IMG/VR virus record: IMGVR_UViG_3300025466_000015
Length of the DNA: 64,000 nt
Source: a virus
Direction: 5' to 3' (one strand)
This document shows positions 46,632-56,809 of this stretch, piece after piece. The position numbers and the translations under genes were made by a program. Within the stretch, counting starts at the first letter, position 1. Every line of letters starts with the position of its first letter. The notes below the pieces were generated by a model. It saw only the letters and a program-made list of their open reading frames with translations. It had not been told where the DNA came from and did no database searches.

Positions 46632-47036
46632 ATGCGGGCCGATGATGTTGATAGACTGATTAAACAAGCAGAACAAGCTATCATTGATTCTAAGAAATCT
46701 GTGTTCGACCTTATTGAACACAATGAAATGTTAGATGACGATGGTTATCCTACTGATGCTTGCTTAGATGTGATTAGATTGTGGCATTGGAATGATTCGA
46801 AAGGTTGGTTTGAATTTATTAAATCTGTTTGGTGTTATACTAATTATTGGCATGAAAAATTCAATGAAGACACCTTACTCTATGAATATCATATATCAAC
46901 TGCTGGTTGGTCAGGTAATGAAGATATCATCCGTGCAATGCAAGACAATGGTATGATGTGGTATCTAAATTGGTACCAATCAAACCGTGGTGGACATTAT
47001 GTATTTCAATTAAAAGAATTTAAGGACGATGAATGA
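46632..47036 (+). CDS. Hypothetical protein
   Basis: DGYPT...STAGWSGNEDII...RGGHY. Confidence 0.55.
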   Translation: MRADDVDRLIKQAEQAIIDSKKSVFDLIEHNEMLDDDGYPTDACLDVIRLWHWNDSKGWFEFIKSVWCYTNYWHEKFNEDTLLYEYHISTAGWSGNEDIIRAMQDNGMMWYLNWYQSNRGGHYVFQLKEFKDDE

Positions 47037-47701
47037 AAGTGTATATTAGTGGCTATAGAGACCATTGGATTTCTCCGTATACAATTCTGAAAAAGGTTTG
47101 TTTTTGGGAGAAAGATGATGATGTATTCTACAACCTTGAAGACAAGCCAAACCACAAATATGATAAGTGGGTGAATCGTTTGACTCCTATTTGTATGGGT
47201 ATTCAAAAGGTGTTGAACTTAATTTATCCAAAAATCGAATATGTGAAGATTGACCGTTGGGATACATGGTCAATGGATCACACCTTGGCTTACATCATTT
47301 TACCAATGTTAAAGCAATTAAAAGAAAGTAAACACGGTGCACCTTATGTTGAAGATGAAGATGTACCAAGAGAATTGTGGTCTATCTACGCCTTTCCAAC
47401 AGAAGAATATGGTACCGATGGCAATCATTTCAAACGATGGGATTGGGTACTCGATGAGATGATTTTTGCTTTTGAATGTAAGAACGATGAGTCATGGCAA
47501 GAGGCATTTAGTTCAGGTGTATCTGACCACATAAGTGTAGCGTGTGAATGGGATGAGAACGGCAAACCTAAAATGTTCAGATTAGACGAAGGACCAAATC
47601 ATACATATAAATGTGATTATGAAGGAATGAAAGTTGTTGAAGACCGTATACAAAATGGTTTTCGTTTGTTTGGAAAGTATTATCAAAACCTGTGGGACTA
47701 A
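47033..47701 (+). CDS. Conserved phage hypothetical protein
   Basis: DTWSMDHTLA...WDWVLDEMIFAF...GFRLFGKYYQNLWD. Confidence 0.65.
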   Translation: MKVYISGYRDHWISPYTILKKVCFWEKDDDVFYNLEDKPNHKYDKWVNRLTPICMGIQKVLNLIYPKIEYVKIDRWDTWSMDHTLAYIILPMLKQLKESKHGAPYVEDEDVPRELWSIYAFPTEEYGTDGNHFKRWDWVLDEMIFAFECKNDESWQEAFSSGVSDHISVACEWDENGKPKMFRLDEGPNHTYKCDYEGMKVVEDRIQNGFRLFGKYYQNLWD

Positions 47702-47710
47702 GGAGACAAT

Positions 47711-47959
47711 ATGAGTAACGAAGAAGACAAGTTTAAACATTCAAAACGGTTACTCAAAGATGAGAACGCTATCAAAAAACAAGAGAAGATAGCACATGAG
47801 TATGGCCATGAAGTAAAAGATCCACACCGATTCGTTAAACATCATTCAATGAATTGTGGTAATCCAAAATGTGTATTGTGTATGAACCCAAGAAAATCTT
47901 TTGGTGAAAAGACAATACAAGAACAAAGGTTAGAACAAGCAAGGTTACAGGAAGAATAA
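47711..47959 (+). CDS. Hypothetical protein with Cys cluster
   Basis: CGNPKCVLCMNPRK. Confidence 0.55.
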   Translation: MSNEEDKFKHSKRLLKDENAIKKQEKIAHEYGHEVKDPHRFVKHHSMNCGNPKCVLCMNPRKSFGEKTIQEQRLEQARLQEE

Positions 47960-48186
47960 TGTTTTCTATTATGAATTATATTGAAGCTAAACGTAGGTTG
48001 GAACTATCTACTGAAACCATCCAGATGATGGGCGGTGAAATTGAATGTAATCAAATGCTGTTGGCTCAACATGAGATGATTCAATTAGAATTGGATTATC
48101 ACAAGACTGTATTTGTGAATCGTATATTAATATTAGGATTGGTTGCCATTATTAGTTTTATTGTGTTATACTTTGAGGTGCTTTGA
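47959..48186 (+). CDS. Hypothetical protein with C-terminal TM segment
   Basis: Hydrophobic C-terminus. Confidence 0.5.
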   Translation: MFSIMNYIEAKRRLELSTETIQMMGGEIECNQMLLAQHEMIQLELDYHKTVFVNRILILGLVAIISFIVLYFEVL

Positions 48187-48437
48187 TGTTTGAAATAAGT
48201 GATAGAGTTAAGTGGTGGGTTAAATCTATATTTTCAATTCTAACTTGGTGTGTTTTATTCTTGGCCTTATTTTTGGCCTATGGTAAACAACAAGAAGATG
48301 TGTTGAAGTTGAAAGATTATAAAGATGGTATACAAAATCACCTCGTTTGGGATATTAAAGGACAATGTTTCTTTGTTAGACCTCATACCGATGTGACTAC
48401 ATACCTAATTCGTGTTTCTGATTGTGATAAAAAATAA
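48186..48437 (+). CDS. Membrane-anchored hypothetical protein
   Basis: N-terminal TM segment; two Cys. Confidence 0.5.
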   Translation: MFEISDRVKWWVKSIFSILTWCVLFLALFLAYGKQQEDVLKLKDYKDGIQNHLVWDIKGQCFFVRPHTDVTTYLIRVSDCDKK

Positions 48438-48447
48438 GGAGTGATAT

Positions 48448-48789
48448 ATGAGTTTGTTTATTGAAGTGAATTCCATAGAAAAAGGTTGTCCTGTTTTGGT
48501 TAATTTGGATGAAGTAATTGAGATTGCACCTCTCGCTAGTGGTGGTTGTCATTTATTCTTTGTAGACTCTGCTTCTGTTGGTGGTAAGAATGCTATGAAG
48601 GTATCTGATTCATATGCTTTGTTCAAACAATTGGCTATGCAAATGGTAACACCTGAAGATATTGCTAAACGATTCCCAAAGAAAACGGAAACTAAACCTG
48701 AAGTTGTACACCCAGTTGTTCAACCAACAAAAGTTTTTAAAGGTAAAGGTGACATGGAAGGCCTGGACATTCCTAAACTAGGAAGTTAA
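48448..48789 (+). CDS. Hypothetical protein
   Basis: AAGGAG RBS. Confidence 0.55.
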   Translation: MSLFIEVNSIEKGCPVLVNLDEVIEIAPLASGGCHLFFVDSASVGGKNAMKVSDSYALFKQLAMQMVTPEDIAKRFPKKTETKPEVVHPVVQPTKVFKGKGDMEGLDIPKLGS

Positions 48790-48790
48790 G

Positions 48791-49084
48791 ATGAATGATT
48801 TATTGAGAGGTACCTTTGGGTGGATTCGTGATGACTGGAATAGCAATAAGTTTCGTTTTGTTATTGAGTTGTTCGCTTGGGCTATTAGTGTTGGGTGTTC
48901 GCTTACAATGGCGATTACCGTGCCTAATCCTCCCCTTATGGCTATGTATCCCATTTGGATTGCTGGTTGCTGTATGTACTCTTGGGCTGCTTATACTAGG
49001 AAATCTTTTGGAATGTTGGCTAACTACCTCTTGTTAACAACTATCGACACCATGGGTCTTATTAGGATGTTAGTGAATGGATGA
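48791..49084 (+). CDS. Small three-TM membrane protein
   Basis: Three hydrophobic helices. Confidence 0.6.
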   Translation: MNDLLRGTFGWIRDDWNSNKFRFVIELFAWAISVGCSLTMAITVPNPPLMAMYPIWIAGCCMYSWAAYTRKSFGMLANYLLLTTIDTMGLIRMLVNG

Positions 49085-49754
49085 TTTTTTATATACAAGT
49101 GAATTGAAAGATAAGTTTAAGTTTCCATTTGATGGAATTGAAACTATCAATCGTAATTGTGGTACTCTATGGCAAGATATGTTTGTTACGGCAGTATTGA
49201 ATGGTAAAAAGAATGGTACATACTTTGAGATTGGTGCTGCTGAACCATTTTGGATGAGCAACACAGCCATGCTAGAACAACTCTTTTCATGGACTGGTGT
49301 ATCTTTAGAATTGGAATATGCCAAAGTACAAAGGTTTATTTCAGAGAGAAAGAATCCTTGTTACACAGCTAATGCTTTACTTGTTGATTATAAGAGTATG
49401 CTTAGTCGTGCTAATTTATTGGGTGTTGTGGATTACTTGTCTATTGATATTGAACCACCGGAAAACACACTACAGGCTCTTAAAAGATTACCACATGATT
49501 TGGTAAAGTTCCGTGTAATTACATTTGAACACGATCTCTATAATGGTGGTCAAGCACCAAACGTCAGGACAGAAAGCAGAAGATTCCTAAAAGAATTAGG
49601 ATATCACCTGGTTGTTAATGATGTTGGCTTAAACGGTAAGAGTGTAGAAGATTGGTGGGTTCATCCTGAACTAGTTGACATGGACCGTATTGATATGTTA
49701 CAATGTGATAACGAAACAATGATTAACTTTAATGATTATATGGTGGCACAATGA
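49077..49754 (+). CDS. FkbM-like SAM-dependent methyltransferase
   Basis: GTYFEIGA...SNT...WTGVSLE, DYLSIDIE, ITFEHD, EDWWV. Confidence 0.75.
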   Translation: MDDFLYTSELKDKFKFPFDGIETINRNCGTLWQDMFVTAVLNGKKNGTYFEIGAAEPFWMSNTAMLEQLFSWTGVSLELEYAKVQRFISERKNPCYTANALLVDYKSMLSRANLLGVVDYLSIDIEPPENTLQALKRLPHDLVKFRVITFEHDLYNGGQAPNVRTESRRFLKELGYHLVVNDVGLNGKSVEDWWVHPELVDMDRIDMLQCDNETMINFNDYMVAQ

Positions 49755-50512
49755 TGTTCTTTTTTAAACCTAAGGAAATACACTTAGATTGTTTTACCAG
49801 CAGACCTGAAGTATACAAATTTTCTTCTGTTGACTATTCACACAAATTTTATCCGGAATGGTGGTTAAAATTACCAAAAACGTACCAAGCAATGATTGCT
49901 CCAGGAAAAATTAGTGAAACACCAACTATGAAAGGTTGTATTGGTTTTATAAATTATTACAAACACGGAATAACAATGCCGTTATGGTCCGATTTGAGAT
50001 TAACGTATCTTCCTGATCAAAGAGAATTTGATGTCAATTTTTCTTATAAGAAATGTACTTACACAAAACATCATATAGAACAAATGTCTGGACTTATAAA
50101 TCCTGATGAGTTCTCTCATGTTAAATTAATAAGTCCTTGGATCTTCAAGACAAAAGAAGATATTCAATGGGTTTGGTCACAAAACACTTGGAATTTTTCT
50201 CCAATTAATAAAATAATAATGCCTCCAGCAATTATTGATTTTAAATATCAACATGGAACAAATATTAATTTCTTTATTTCTAAAAAAATTAGAGAATGCT
50301 TAATACCAAATAATCAACCTTTGGTAAATATTATTCCTTTGAGTGAGAGAAAAGTTGAAATACATACACATTTGGTAGATGATAGAGAAATGGAAATTTT
50401 ATCAAATAATAGTTTTCCTACTTATTTTAAAAACAAATATAGAAAAACAAAAGAACTTATGATCAAACAGGAAAAAGAACAAAAAAAATGTCCTTTCGGA
50501 TTTGGAAAATAA
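49751..50512 (+). CDS. Hypothetical protein
   Basis: PEWW...TMKGC...PLWSD...KLISPW...PLVNIIP. Confidence 0.55.
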   Translation: MMFFFKPKEIHLDCFTSRPEVYKFSSVDYSHKFYPEWWLKLPKTYQAMIAPGKISETPTMKGCIGFINYYKHGITMPLWSDLRLTYLPDQREFDVNFSYKKCTYTKHHIEQMSGLINPDEFSHVKLISPWIFKTKEDIQWVWSQNTWNFSPINKIIMPPAIIDFKYQHGTNINFFISKKIRECLIPNNQPLVNIIPLSERKVEIHTHLVDDREMEILSNNSFPTYFKNKYRKTKELMIKQEKEQKKCPFGFGK

Positions 50513-50548
50513 TTTGACTTTTAACTTTGAATGTGATACAATTATATT

Positions 50549-50830
50549 ATGTTAATAAATCCTACTAAACAATTAGTGTATGGTGGCTATGGTGTTACCA
50601 ATTACCAAACAAACTATGGTTCTTCAAGTCCATATAAACTGGAAATTCCACAACCTTGTATTGAAGTAAATAAGACTTTACAATATGAGTTTCGTGTGTT
50701 AGAATCGGTCAAAGGTGATGAGGTAACTAAAGTTGGTCTACAAGTTAAAACTTATGAAGTAGACCATTATGGTAACCGTGTGATGATTTGTGATTGGACT
50801 GATGTTGAAAGAGTAAGACTTGAAGTATGA
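50549..50830 (+). CDS. Hypothetical protein
   Basis: TTGACT/TACAAT promoter immediately upstream. Confidence 0.45.
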   Translation: MLINPTKQLVYGGYGVTNYQTNYGSSSPYKLEIPQPCIEVNKTLQYEFRVLESVKGDEVTKVGLQVKTYEVDHYGNRVMICDWTDVERVRLEV

Positions 50831-51372
50831 ATATTTTTTATCTACATCCGGACCCCAAACAATGCGCTCAATGGCACATCAGCAAGCATACCACAAAAAT
50901 GGTAGTTGAATATGCTCAATTACTTTCTACTGCCCACCGTATTATTGATGGTACTTTGTCTACTGGCCTCTCTGAAGCTGGTCGAAAACAAACGAGATAT
51001 GTTCTTCCTGACGAGCGTGAGCATATACTGTATCGCTCTACTCATGGCAACCATCCTTCAGCTGTTTGGGTAAGACAATCAGATGCCAATTACAATTGGC
51101 TTTATCAATTATTATGTGAACTATGCGAAGAATACACATATCGTTATGGTAAAATTCACTCTACCGAACGATTGTTAGAAACACTTTGTTTTACACCCAA
51201 TAACATACCACATGGTCCATTTACACCACCCACTCCAGCTATGCCTGATGATGTAAAAATACCAAATGATTCTATGGCCTCGTACCATAATTACTACATA
51301 AATAATAAAAAGTCCTTTGCCTCATGGCAAGGTCGTGTTAACTCTCGTGATGTACCTAACTGGTTTAAATGA
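50827..51372 (+). CDS. Pyrimidine-dimer DNA glycosylase (DenV-like)
   Basis: MNIFYL...KHTTKMVVEYAQLLSTAH, HGNHPSAVWVR, EYTYRYGKIH, AMPD. Confidence 0.8.
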   Translation: MNIFYLHPDPKQCAQWHISKHTTKMVVEYAQLLSTAHRIIDGTLSTGLSEAGRKQTRYVLPDEREHILYRSTHGNHPSAVWVRQSDANYNWLYQLLCELCEEYTYRYGKIHSTERLLETLCFTPNNIPHGPFTPPTPAMPDDVKIPNDSMASYHNYYINNKKSFASWQGRVNSRDVPNWFK

Positions 51373-51938
51373 TGTTTGGTGAAGAATTTATACATCAAGA
51401 ATATCTTCACGATTTAAATATTTGTGATGATATTATAAATTATTTTGAGAATTCTGATAAAAAACACAAAGGTCAGACTAGAGGTATTGTTAAACCGGAA
51501 ATGAAAGATTCTACCGATTGTAATTTAAAACGTAACAGTTCGGAATATAAGAATTATTCTCAACAATTACAAAAAGTTGTTAACTCTTATATTGGAAAAT
51601 TTCCAAGATGTAATTCTTCTTTACCTTGGAGCGTTTTAGAAGAAATGCAAATACAAAAATATGAGCCAGGTCAGGGATATTATTCATGGCATGCGGAAAG
51701 GCCTGGTGTCACTATACCCGTGTTATCTAGACATTTAGTTTTTATGACTTATTTAAATGATGTAACTGATGGTGGTGGTGGTACAGAATTTTACCATCAA
51801 AAGTTAATAACAAAAGCTAAAAAAGGATTGACGTTAATATGGCCAGCCGATTGGACTTTTACACATCGAGGCGAAGTTTCTCCGACTCAAACTAAATATA
51901 TCATAACTGGATGGTTCAATCATCATCAAAGACCATAA
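51369..51938 (+). CDS. 2OG-Fe(II) oxygenase
   Basis: QKYEPGQGYYSWHAE, FMTYLND, GGGTEF, WPADWTFTHRG, KYIITGW. Confidence 0.88.
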   Translation: MMFGEEFIHQEYLHDLNICDDIINYFENSDKKHKGQTRGIVKPEMKDSTDCNLKRNSSEYKNYSQQLQKVVNSYIGKFPRCNSSLPWSVLEEMQIQKYEPGQGYYSWHAERPGVTIPVLSRHLVFMTYLNDVTDGGGGTEFYHQKLITKAKKGLTLIWPADWTFTHRGEVSPTQTKYIITGWFNHHQRP

Positions 51939-51942
51939 TATT

Positions 51943-52224
51943 ATGCCAACATATCAATTTTTAAATACTGAAACCAATGAAGTTGAAGAACACCGTATGT
52001 CATACACGGTGTTGGATGAATTCAAAGATAATAATCCCCACTTACAAAGACATTTCACCGTAGACGGCCTTGCTGGTCTTGGTGATGGTATGCGTATGTC
52101 AACTCCAGGTACTGGACAACCTGTCAAAGCTTTTGAACAAGGTGTGATTCAACGTATAAAAGATACCGTTCCTGGTAATAATTTACATAAATCACACAAA
52201 ACAAAAATGCCTAGAGAGTGGTGA
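51943..52224 (+). CDS. FmdB-like small protein
   Basis: MPTYQF...NPHLQR. Confidence 0.5.
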   Translation: MPTYQFLNTETNEVEEHRMSYTVLDEFKDNNPHLQRHFTVDGLAGLGDGMRMSTPGTGQPVKAFEQGVIQRIKDTVPGNNLHKSHKTKMPREW

Positions 52225-52225
52225 A

Positions 52226-52648
52226 ATGAAAGAACCTCAAATTAAAATTTTGGCCGCAGGAAATGTATTTTCTCGTATGATGTTTTTTGAAAAAAGTGGA
52301 GATACAACATATTCACATCAACACGAGTATGATCATGGAACATTATTAAGTTATGGTAGCGTTCTATATGAAGTATTAGATGAAAATAAAAATGTGGTAA
52401 AATCAAAAGAATTTAATGCACCAACTTTTATTTTTGTTCCTAAATTAACATATCATAGATTGGTAGCACTAGAAGACAATACAGTTTGTGCTTGTATACA
52501 TGCTCTAAGAACCATAGATAATGAATTATTAGATCCTGATTTTTTAATTGATAATAAAAATTTTGAATACGGTGAAATGCCATCTTTTATTCATAAAGAA
52601 ACTGGTAAACTTATGAGACCTGCTATTGTAAAGAAACCTCATGAATAA
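52226..52648 (+). CDS. Cupin-fold protein
   Basis: HQHEYDHGTLLSYGS...APTFIFVP...HRLVALED...CIH. Confidence 0.7.
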   Translation: MKEPQIKILAAGNVFSRMMFFEKSGDTTYSHQHEYDHGTLLSYGSVLYEVLDENKNVVKSKEFNAPTFIFVPKLTYHRLVALEDNTVCACIHALRTIDNELLDPDFLIDNKNFEYGEMPSFIHKETGKLMRPAIVKKPHE

Positions 52649-52853
52649 AGTGATTCAAATTCCAGCTTTATTTCTCCCAAAGAAAGGTGAGCATGAACAA
52701 AAAGCCCCCTTGAATAAATCTCCTTCCGTTAAATCTAATACTAACAAAAGGAGTCCTAATGTCCAAAAAAAGAATGATGTCAAGAGCGCAGCGTATCTAT
52801 TACGAACAATGCAAAAAGGAACGGATATTAAAGGAGTTAGCGGAATACGCTAA
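52641..52853 (+). CDS. Hypothetical protein
   Basis: Basic 70 aa ORF. Confidence 0.35.
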   Translation: MNKVIQIPALFLPKKGEHEQKAPLNKSPSVKSNTNKRSPNVQKKNDVKSAAYLLRTMQKGTDIKGVSGIR

Positions 52854-52931
52854 AGTGGTAAAAGAATTAGAATCTAAGTCGGTTTATAGGGTGGCTGATA
52901 TATAAAGAATGATTAATTAATTGGAGATATT

Positions 52932-53648
52932 ATGACTGAAACTCAAATTGTCGGTGAAGTTACATTAGAACAAGAACAACCAAAACAAGATATATTACAA
53001 ACGGAATTTCATTTTCCGTCAGCTGTCTATTGGATTGAAAAACCTGAATTTTTACAAGATGCAAGGTTTATGGCTAAGCAACACCTCAATGAAGCCAAAA
53101 AAAATAAACCTAAAGATGAATTAATGAACAAGTTATTTCCAGTAACTATGTCTTCATCCTTTTTTCATGAAGAACAAGTCGGATCTCTAGTTCAATATAT
53201 TGCTCACACATCATGGAATATTTTGGCTGGCCAAGGTTATGCAATGGAAAATCATGAAGTGTTTTTAATGGATTTTTGGGCTCAAGAACACCATATGAGA
53301 TCATCAAATGAAGAACACATACATGGTTTTGGTTCACAGATAACTGGTTTTTATATTCTTGATGCACCAGAAGACTGCTCTAGAATTACTGTTTTTGATC
53401 CTAGACCCGGAAAAAAACAAATTAATTTACCTGAAAGTGATATGAGTAAAGTTTCCCAAGCTTCACTTGCAGTTAATTATATTCCACAAGCAGGTAATTT
53501 ATATCTATTAAATTCTTGGTTACCTCATGGTTTTACACGACATGGTTCAGAAAAGCCTTTGAAATTTATTCACTTTAATGTTGGTACTAGATGGATTCAA
53601 CGACCTGTAGCTCAAAATGTAGCACCTAATACTGCCGAAATTGTATAA
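52932..53648 (+). CDS. Putative 2OG-Fe(II) oxygenase
   Basis: EEHIHG...ITGFY...FDPRP...SWLPH...IHFN. Confidence 0.7.
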   Translation: MTETQIVGEVTLEQEQPKQDILQTEFHFPSAVYWIEKPEFLQDARFMAKQHLNEAKKNKPKDELMNKLFPVTMSSSFFHEEQVGSLVQYIAHTSWNILAGQGYAMENHEVFLMDFWAQEHHMRSSNEEHIHGFGSQITGFYILDAPEDCSRITVFDPRPGKKQINLPESDMSKVSQASLAVNYIPQAGNLYLLNSWLPHGFTRHGSEKPLKFIHFNVGTRWIQRPVAQNVAPNTAEIV

Positions 53649-53926
53649 TGAATCATTACACGATTAGATTTAATAAAAGCCGAGGACAACCAAATCGTGG
53701 TTCTCTACAACACGCTTGGCGTATCTTTGAAAATGGTACCAAAGAATACTTGGTCAAACATTTTAAAGTAAATGTTCCTGTTTACGATGAAGTTACAGGT
53801 AATGGAATTGGTGGTGACGATTGGAATATGGCCTGTGATGGTGTTATTTCTTTTGATAAAGCAACATCTACAGCAACAATTAACGAAACAATATACGATG
53901 AAATTCACATACTGCCCACCTCTTGA
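53648..53926 (+). CDS. Hypothetical protein
   Basis: IRFNKSRGQPNRGS...WRIFE. Confidence 0.55.
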   Translation: MNHYTIRFNKSRGQPNRGSLQHAWRIFENGTKEYLVKHFKVNVPVYDEVTGNGIGGDDWNMACDGVISFDKATSTATINETIYDEIHILPTS

Positions 53927-54554
53927 ATTACCAAACCTAGAATCTAAAACATTTGAAGATGGAAAAAGATATTATGTAACACCTGAAGGCGAGAGATTAC
54001 CTTCTGTTACAACGATCATTGGTGCCATGAAGAAACAAGAGATTATGGCATGGCGGAAACGTGTAGGTGAACAAGAAGCAAATCGTATCTCACGACAGGC
54101 TTCTGGTCGTGGTACCAATGTACATACTTTATGTGAACGATACCTTAACAATGAGAAACTTGGCAACATTATGCCAGATGCCAAGGAAATGTTTACTGAT
54201 TTAATTCCTTATCTGGATAAAATTGATAACATCTGGTATCAAGAACAAGCACTATGGTCACACCAACTCGGCCTTGCTGGTCGTGTTGATTGTATTGGTG
54301 AATATGAAGGTGAACTCTCTGTTATAGATTTTAAAACATCTAAAAGAATTAAATCAAGAGATTCTATTCTTGATTATTTCTGGCAAACGGCAGCATATGC
54401 TTTGATGGCAGAAGAACTCACTGGTCAGCCTATAAATAATCTTGTTATTATCATGGCTGTTGACAATGAACAACCGATAATATTCAAAGAGAAGACTGAA
54501 GACCATATTGAGGGTCTAATTAAGGCGATTCAATTTTATAAGGAACAACAATGA
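53898..54554 (+). CDS. PD-(D/E)XK exonuclease (lambda-exo/Cas4-like fold)
   Basis: LPSVTTI, RGTNVH, AGRVDCI, IDFKTS, QTAAY. Confidence 0.85.
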   Translation: MKFTYCPPLELPNLESKTFEDGKRYYVTPEGERLPSVTTIIGAMKKQEIMAWRKRVGEQEANRISRQASGRGTNVHTLCERYLNNEKLGNIMPDAKEMFTDLIPYLDKIDNIWYQEQALWSHQLGLAGRVDCIGEYEGELSVIDFKTSKRIKSRDSILDYFWQTAAYALMAEELTGQPINNLVIIMAVDNEQPIIFKEKTEDHIEGLIKAIQFYKEQQ

Positions 54555-55372
54555 AAAAACTATTTGTATTATTACTAGCTCTTGTTAGTATATCATCGTT
54601 TGCTTGGACACAACGAGCACCACAAGATCCACAAACTTGTGCTGTACATGCACCATACGGATTTCCACAATCTGTAAAACCAGTTGGTGCTATCTGCCGA
54701 CAGGCTTATTTTGTAGGTTATGATGCGCCTGCCAAGTTGCCTGAATATGTTCTATACACACTTACACCACCAAATGCACTGGGTTGTGTAGCAAGAACTA
54801 ATGCCTTTGCAGCAGACCAATCCGTACAAGGTGGTGCAAGACCAGATGACTATGCAGCTACTGGTTACGATAAAGGTCATATGAGTCCTGATGGCGACCT
54901 ATCATGGGATCCACAGGTAGAGTATGAATCATTCTTGATGACCAATATGTCACCACAGGCAGGTTCATTGAATCGTGGTATCTGGAAACTATTAGAAACA
55001 TCTGTAAGAGGATGGGCAGTTCAACTCAATCAACCATTTACAATTTATGTTGGTGGCATCTATAATGCTACTGATAAGAAGATTGGTACTGGTGTTGTAG
55101 TACCACATGCTTTTTATAAGATTGTTATTGACCAAGCAACAGGTCAAGTTGCTGGTTGGGAATTTCCACACGTTGCACCATATCCAAACCTTGGTAATGA
55201 TTTGAAACCATTCCGTAAAGGTATTGCTCAGATTGAGGCTGATGCCGGAGTTCAATTTGCTTTCCCAGCTGGTGCAAAAGAACTACCTGTTGGTCAAGAA
55301 TGGCCTGTGGATTTTGGTAAGTTAACTGCTGCCAAGAAGGCCAAATGTGGTAATAATGCTTCGGATGACTAA
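54551..55372 (+). CDS. Secreted DNA/RNA non-specific endonuclease (NucA-like, His-Me finger)
   Basis: Signal peptide MKKLFVLLLALVSISSFA; YDKGHM, TNMSPQ, LNRGIWKLLE. Confidence 0.88.
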   Translation: MKKLFVLLLALVSISSFAWTQRAPQDPQTCAVHAPYGFPQSVKPVGAICRQAYFVGYDAPAKLPEYVLYTLTPPNALGCVARTNAFAADQSVQGGARPDDYAATGYDKGHMSPDGDLSWDPQVEYESFLMTNMSPQAGSLNRGIWKLLETSVRGWAVQLNQPFTIYVGGIYNATDKKIGTGVVVPHAFYKIVIDQATGQVAGWEFPHVAPYPNLGNDLKPFRKGIAQIEADAGVQFAFPAGAKELPVGQEWPVDFGKLTAAKKAKCGNNASDD

Positions 55373-55379
55373 ATACCGC

Positions 55380-55408
55380 TTGACAGTTTAAAAAAGGTAA
55401 GGTATAAT
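55380..55408 (+). promoter_or_regulatory. sigma70-type promoter upstream of tmRNA
   Basis: TTGACA-17 nt-TATAAT. Confidence 0.7.
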
Positions 55409-55540
55409 GAAGATTAAGAAACTAATAATGAAATTAAATCGTGCTGAGTTTGAACATAAACTCGACAAGGTGAAAAAGTTATGGTTTAAAATTCTAAAGA
55501 AATCTATGAAGCATAAGCACACAGAGGCCGTTAGATGATT

Positions 55541-55864
55541 ATGGTTGTATGAAGTAAATCAAAAAGTATTCTGGACGGGGGTGCGAATCCCCCCACCTCC
55601 ACCAAAGATATATTGCACCAATAACGCCACGGGGTTATCTAAGGACTGCAGCCTGAAAAGTACATAGTGAGAAGTACAGATAACAGCAATGTATCTTTGA
55701 TGGGGGTGCATAGTTTCGACAGGGTAACAAGTAGAGGCATGGACAACTCATCACAGAGAGATGTAAAAAGTAAATCAAAGTAACCGCAAACGACTCACGT
55801 TTCGCATTGGCTGCCTAAACGCAGACTAGGGTTCGGTGGATTCCTCGTAACAGAATATCCACCA
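55541..55864 (+). ncRNA. ssrA: Circularly permuted (two-piece) tmRNA; outer boundaries approximate
   Basis: T arm and CACCTCC-ACCA (ends 55604) precede the GGGGGTG strand (55702), giving a G3:U70 pair; tag ANDSRFALAA* at 55786-55818; intervening segment closed by a stem. Confidence 0.88.
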
Positions 55865-55889
55865 TTAATTTTAATAACAAGGAGTTTGA

Positions 55890-56786
55890 ATGGGAACGAT
55901 AGTAACAATTGGCCAAACGCCAATTAATGCAACATACACAGCAGTAACTGGTACAACTGGTGGTGCTGGTACAGGTGCTAAATTTGATGTAACAAAAACT
56001 AATGGTGTTTATACAACAGTAATCCAAGCCGCAAATCTTGGTGCTGGTTATGCCGTTGGAGATACAGTTATTATTGCTGGCACATCATTGGGTGGAACAG
56101 TTGCTAATCCTGATGTGATTGTAGTAACATCAATTGCAACTGGTGGTAAAATCTCCACATTTAGTGCAGCTGGTACAGGTCAGATTGGTAATGGTTTGAA
56201 TTACACCATCATTGACGTAACTGGTGTAACATCATACAACCTAGGCGACAAGAGTTCCAATTTCACCGTTGTTAATGATACGACAAACAAAAACATTCTA
56301 GTGACATCAGCATTGATGACTGCTGTTTCTTATAAACTAGAAGGTGTTAATCGTATTGCATTTACTGATAAATCAACTGCATTTGACATTACTGGTACTG
56401 CTGGTGATGTATATGCTTTGTTGAAAGCTGGATTTGGTACAGTAAGTACAACATATGAAGGCATTGGTATCAAATTGGAAGATGCAGGTACAACAAGTGC
56501 TCAGATTTCACAAGCAATCGTGACATCTGCACCGTTCATTCTTGCTAATCCAGACATTGCTACATTTGTTAACAATGTATATACTAATGTGATGGGTGTT
56601 GCACCAACACCAACACAAGCATCACCATATATTAGTGCTTTGGCAACAGGTTCTACAACTCAGGCAGCTCTATTGAATGCAGCTGCTCATCTCACTACTT
56701 TCCAACAAACTATTGGGTTAGTTGGAGTAGCGCCAGCAACAACTGGTGTTCTAGCGGCTTCAGGTATTGATTTCATACCAGCCTAA
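55890..56786 (+). CDS. Thr/Gly/Ala-rich protein with DUF4214/S-layer-like C-terminus
   Basis: VNRIAFTDKSTAFDITGTAGDVYALLKAGFG...FVNNVYTNVMGVAP. Confidence 0.55.
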   Translation: MGTIVTIGQTPINATYTAVTGTTGGAGTGAKFDVTKTNGVYTTVIQAANLGAGYAVGDTVIIAGTSLGGTVANPDVIVVTSIATGGKISTFSAAGTGQIGNGLNYTIIDVTGVTSYNLGDKSSNFTVVNDTTNKNILVTSALMTAVSYKLEGVNRIAFTDKSTAFDITGTAGDVYALLKAGFGTVSTTYEGIGIKLEDAGTTSAQISQAIVTSAPFILANPDIATFVNNVYTNVMGVAPTPTQASPYISALATGSTTQAALLNAAAHLTTFQQTIGLVGVAPATTGVLAASGIDFIPA

Positions 56787-56809
56787 ATTCATTTAAAAAG
56801 GAAAAACAA

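Noticed and set aside
53898-54554. Exonuclease as evidence of CRISPR-Cas (Cas4)
   Set aside because: Stand-alone PD-(D/E)XK exonuclease common in T4-like phages; no Cas4 Cys cluster and no array
55574-55604. tRNA gene
   Set aside because: Only a T arm and 3' acceptor strand; its partner strand lies downstream with a tag frame, so it belongs to the tmRNA. No complete tRNA was found by eye.
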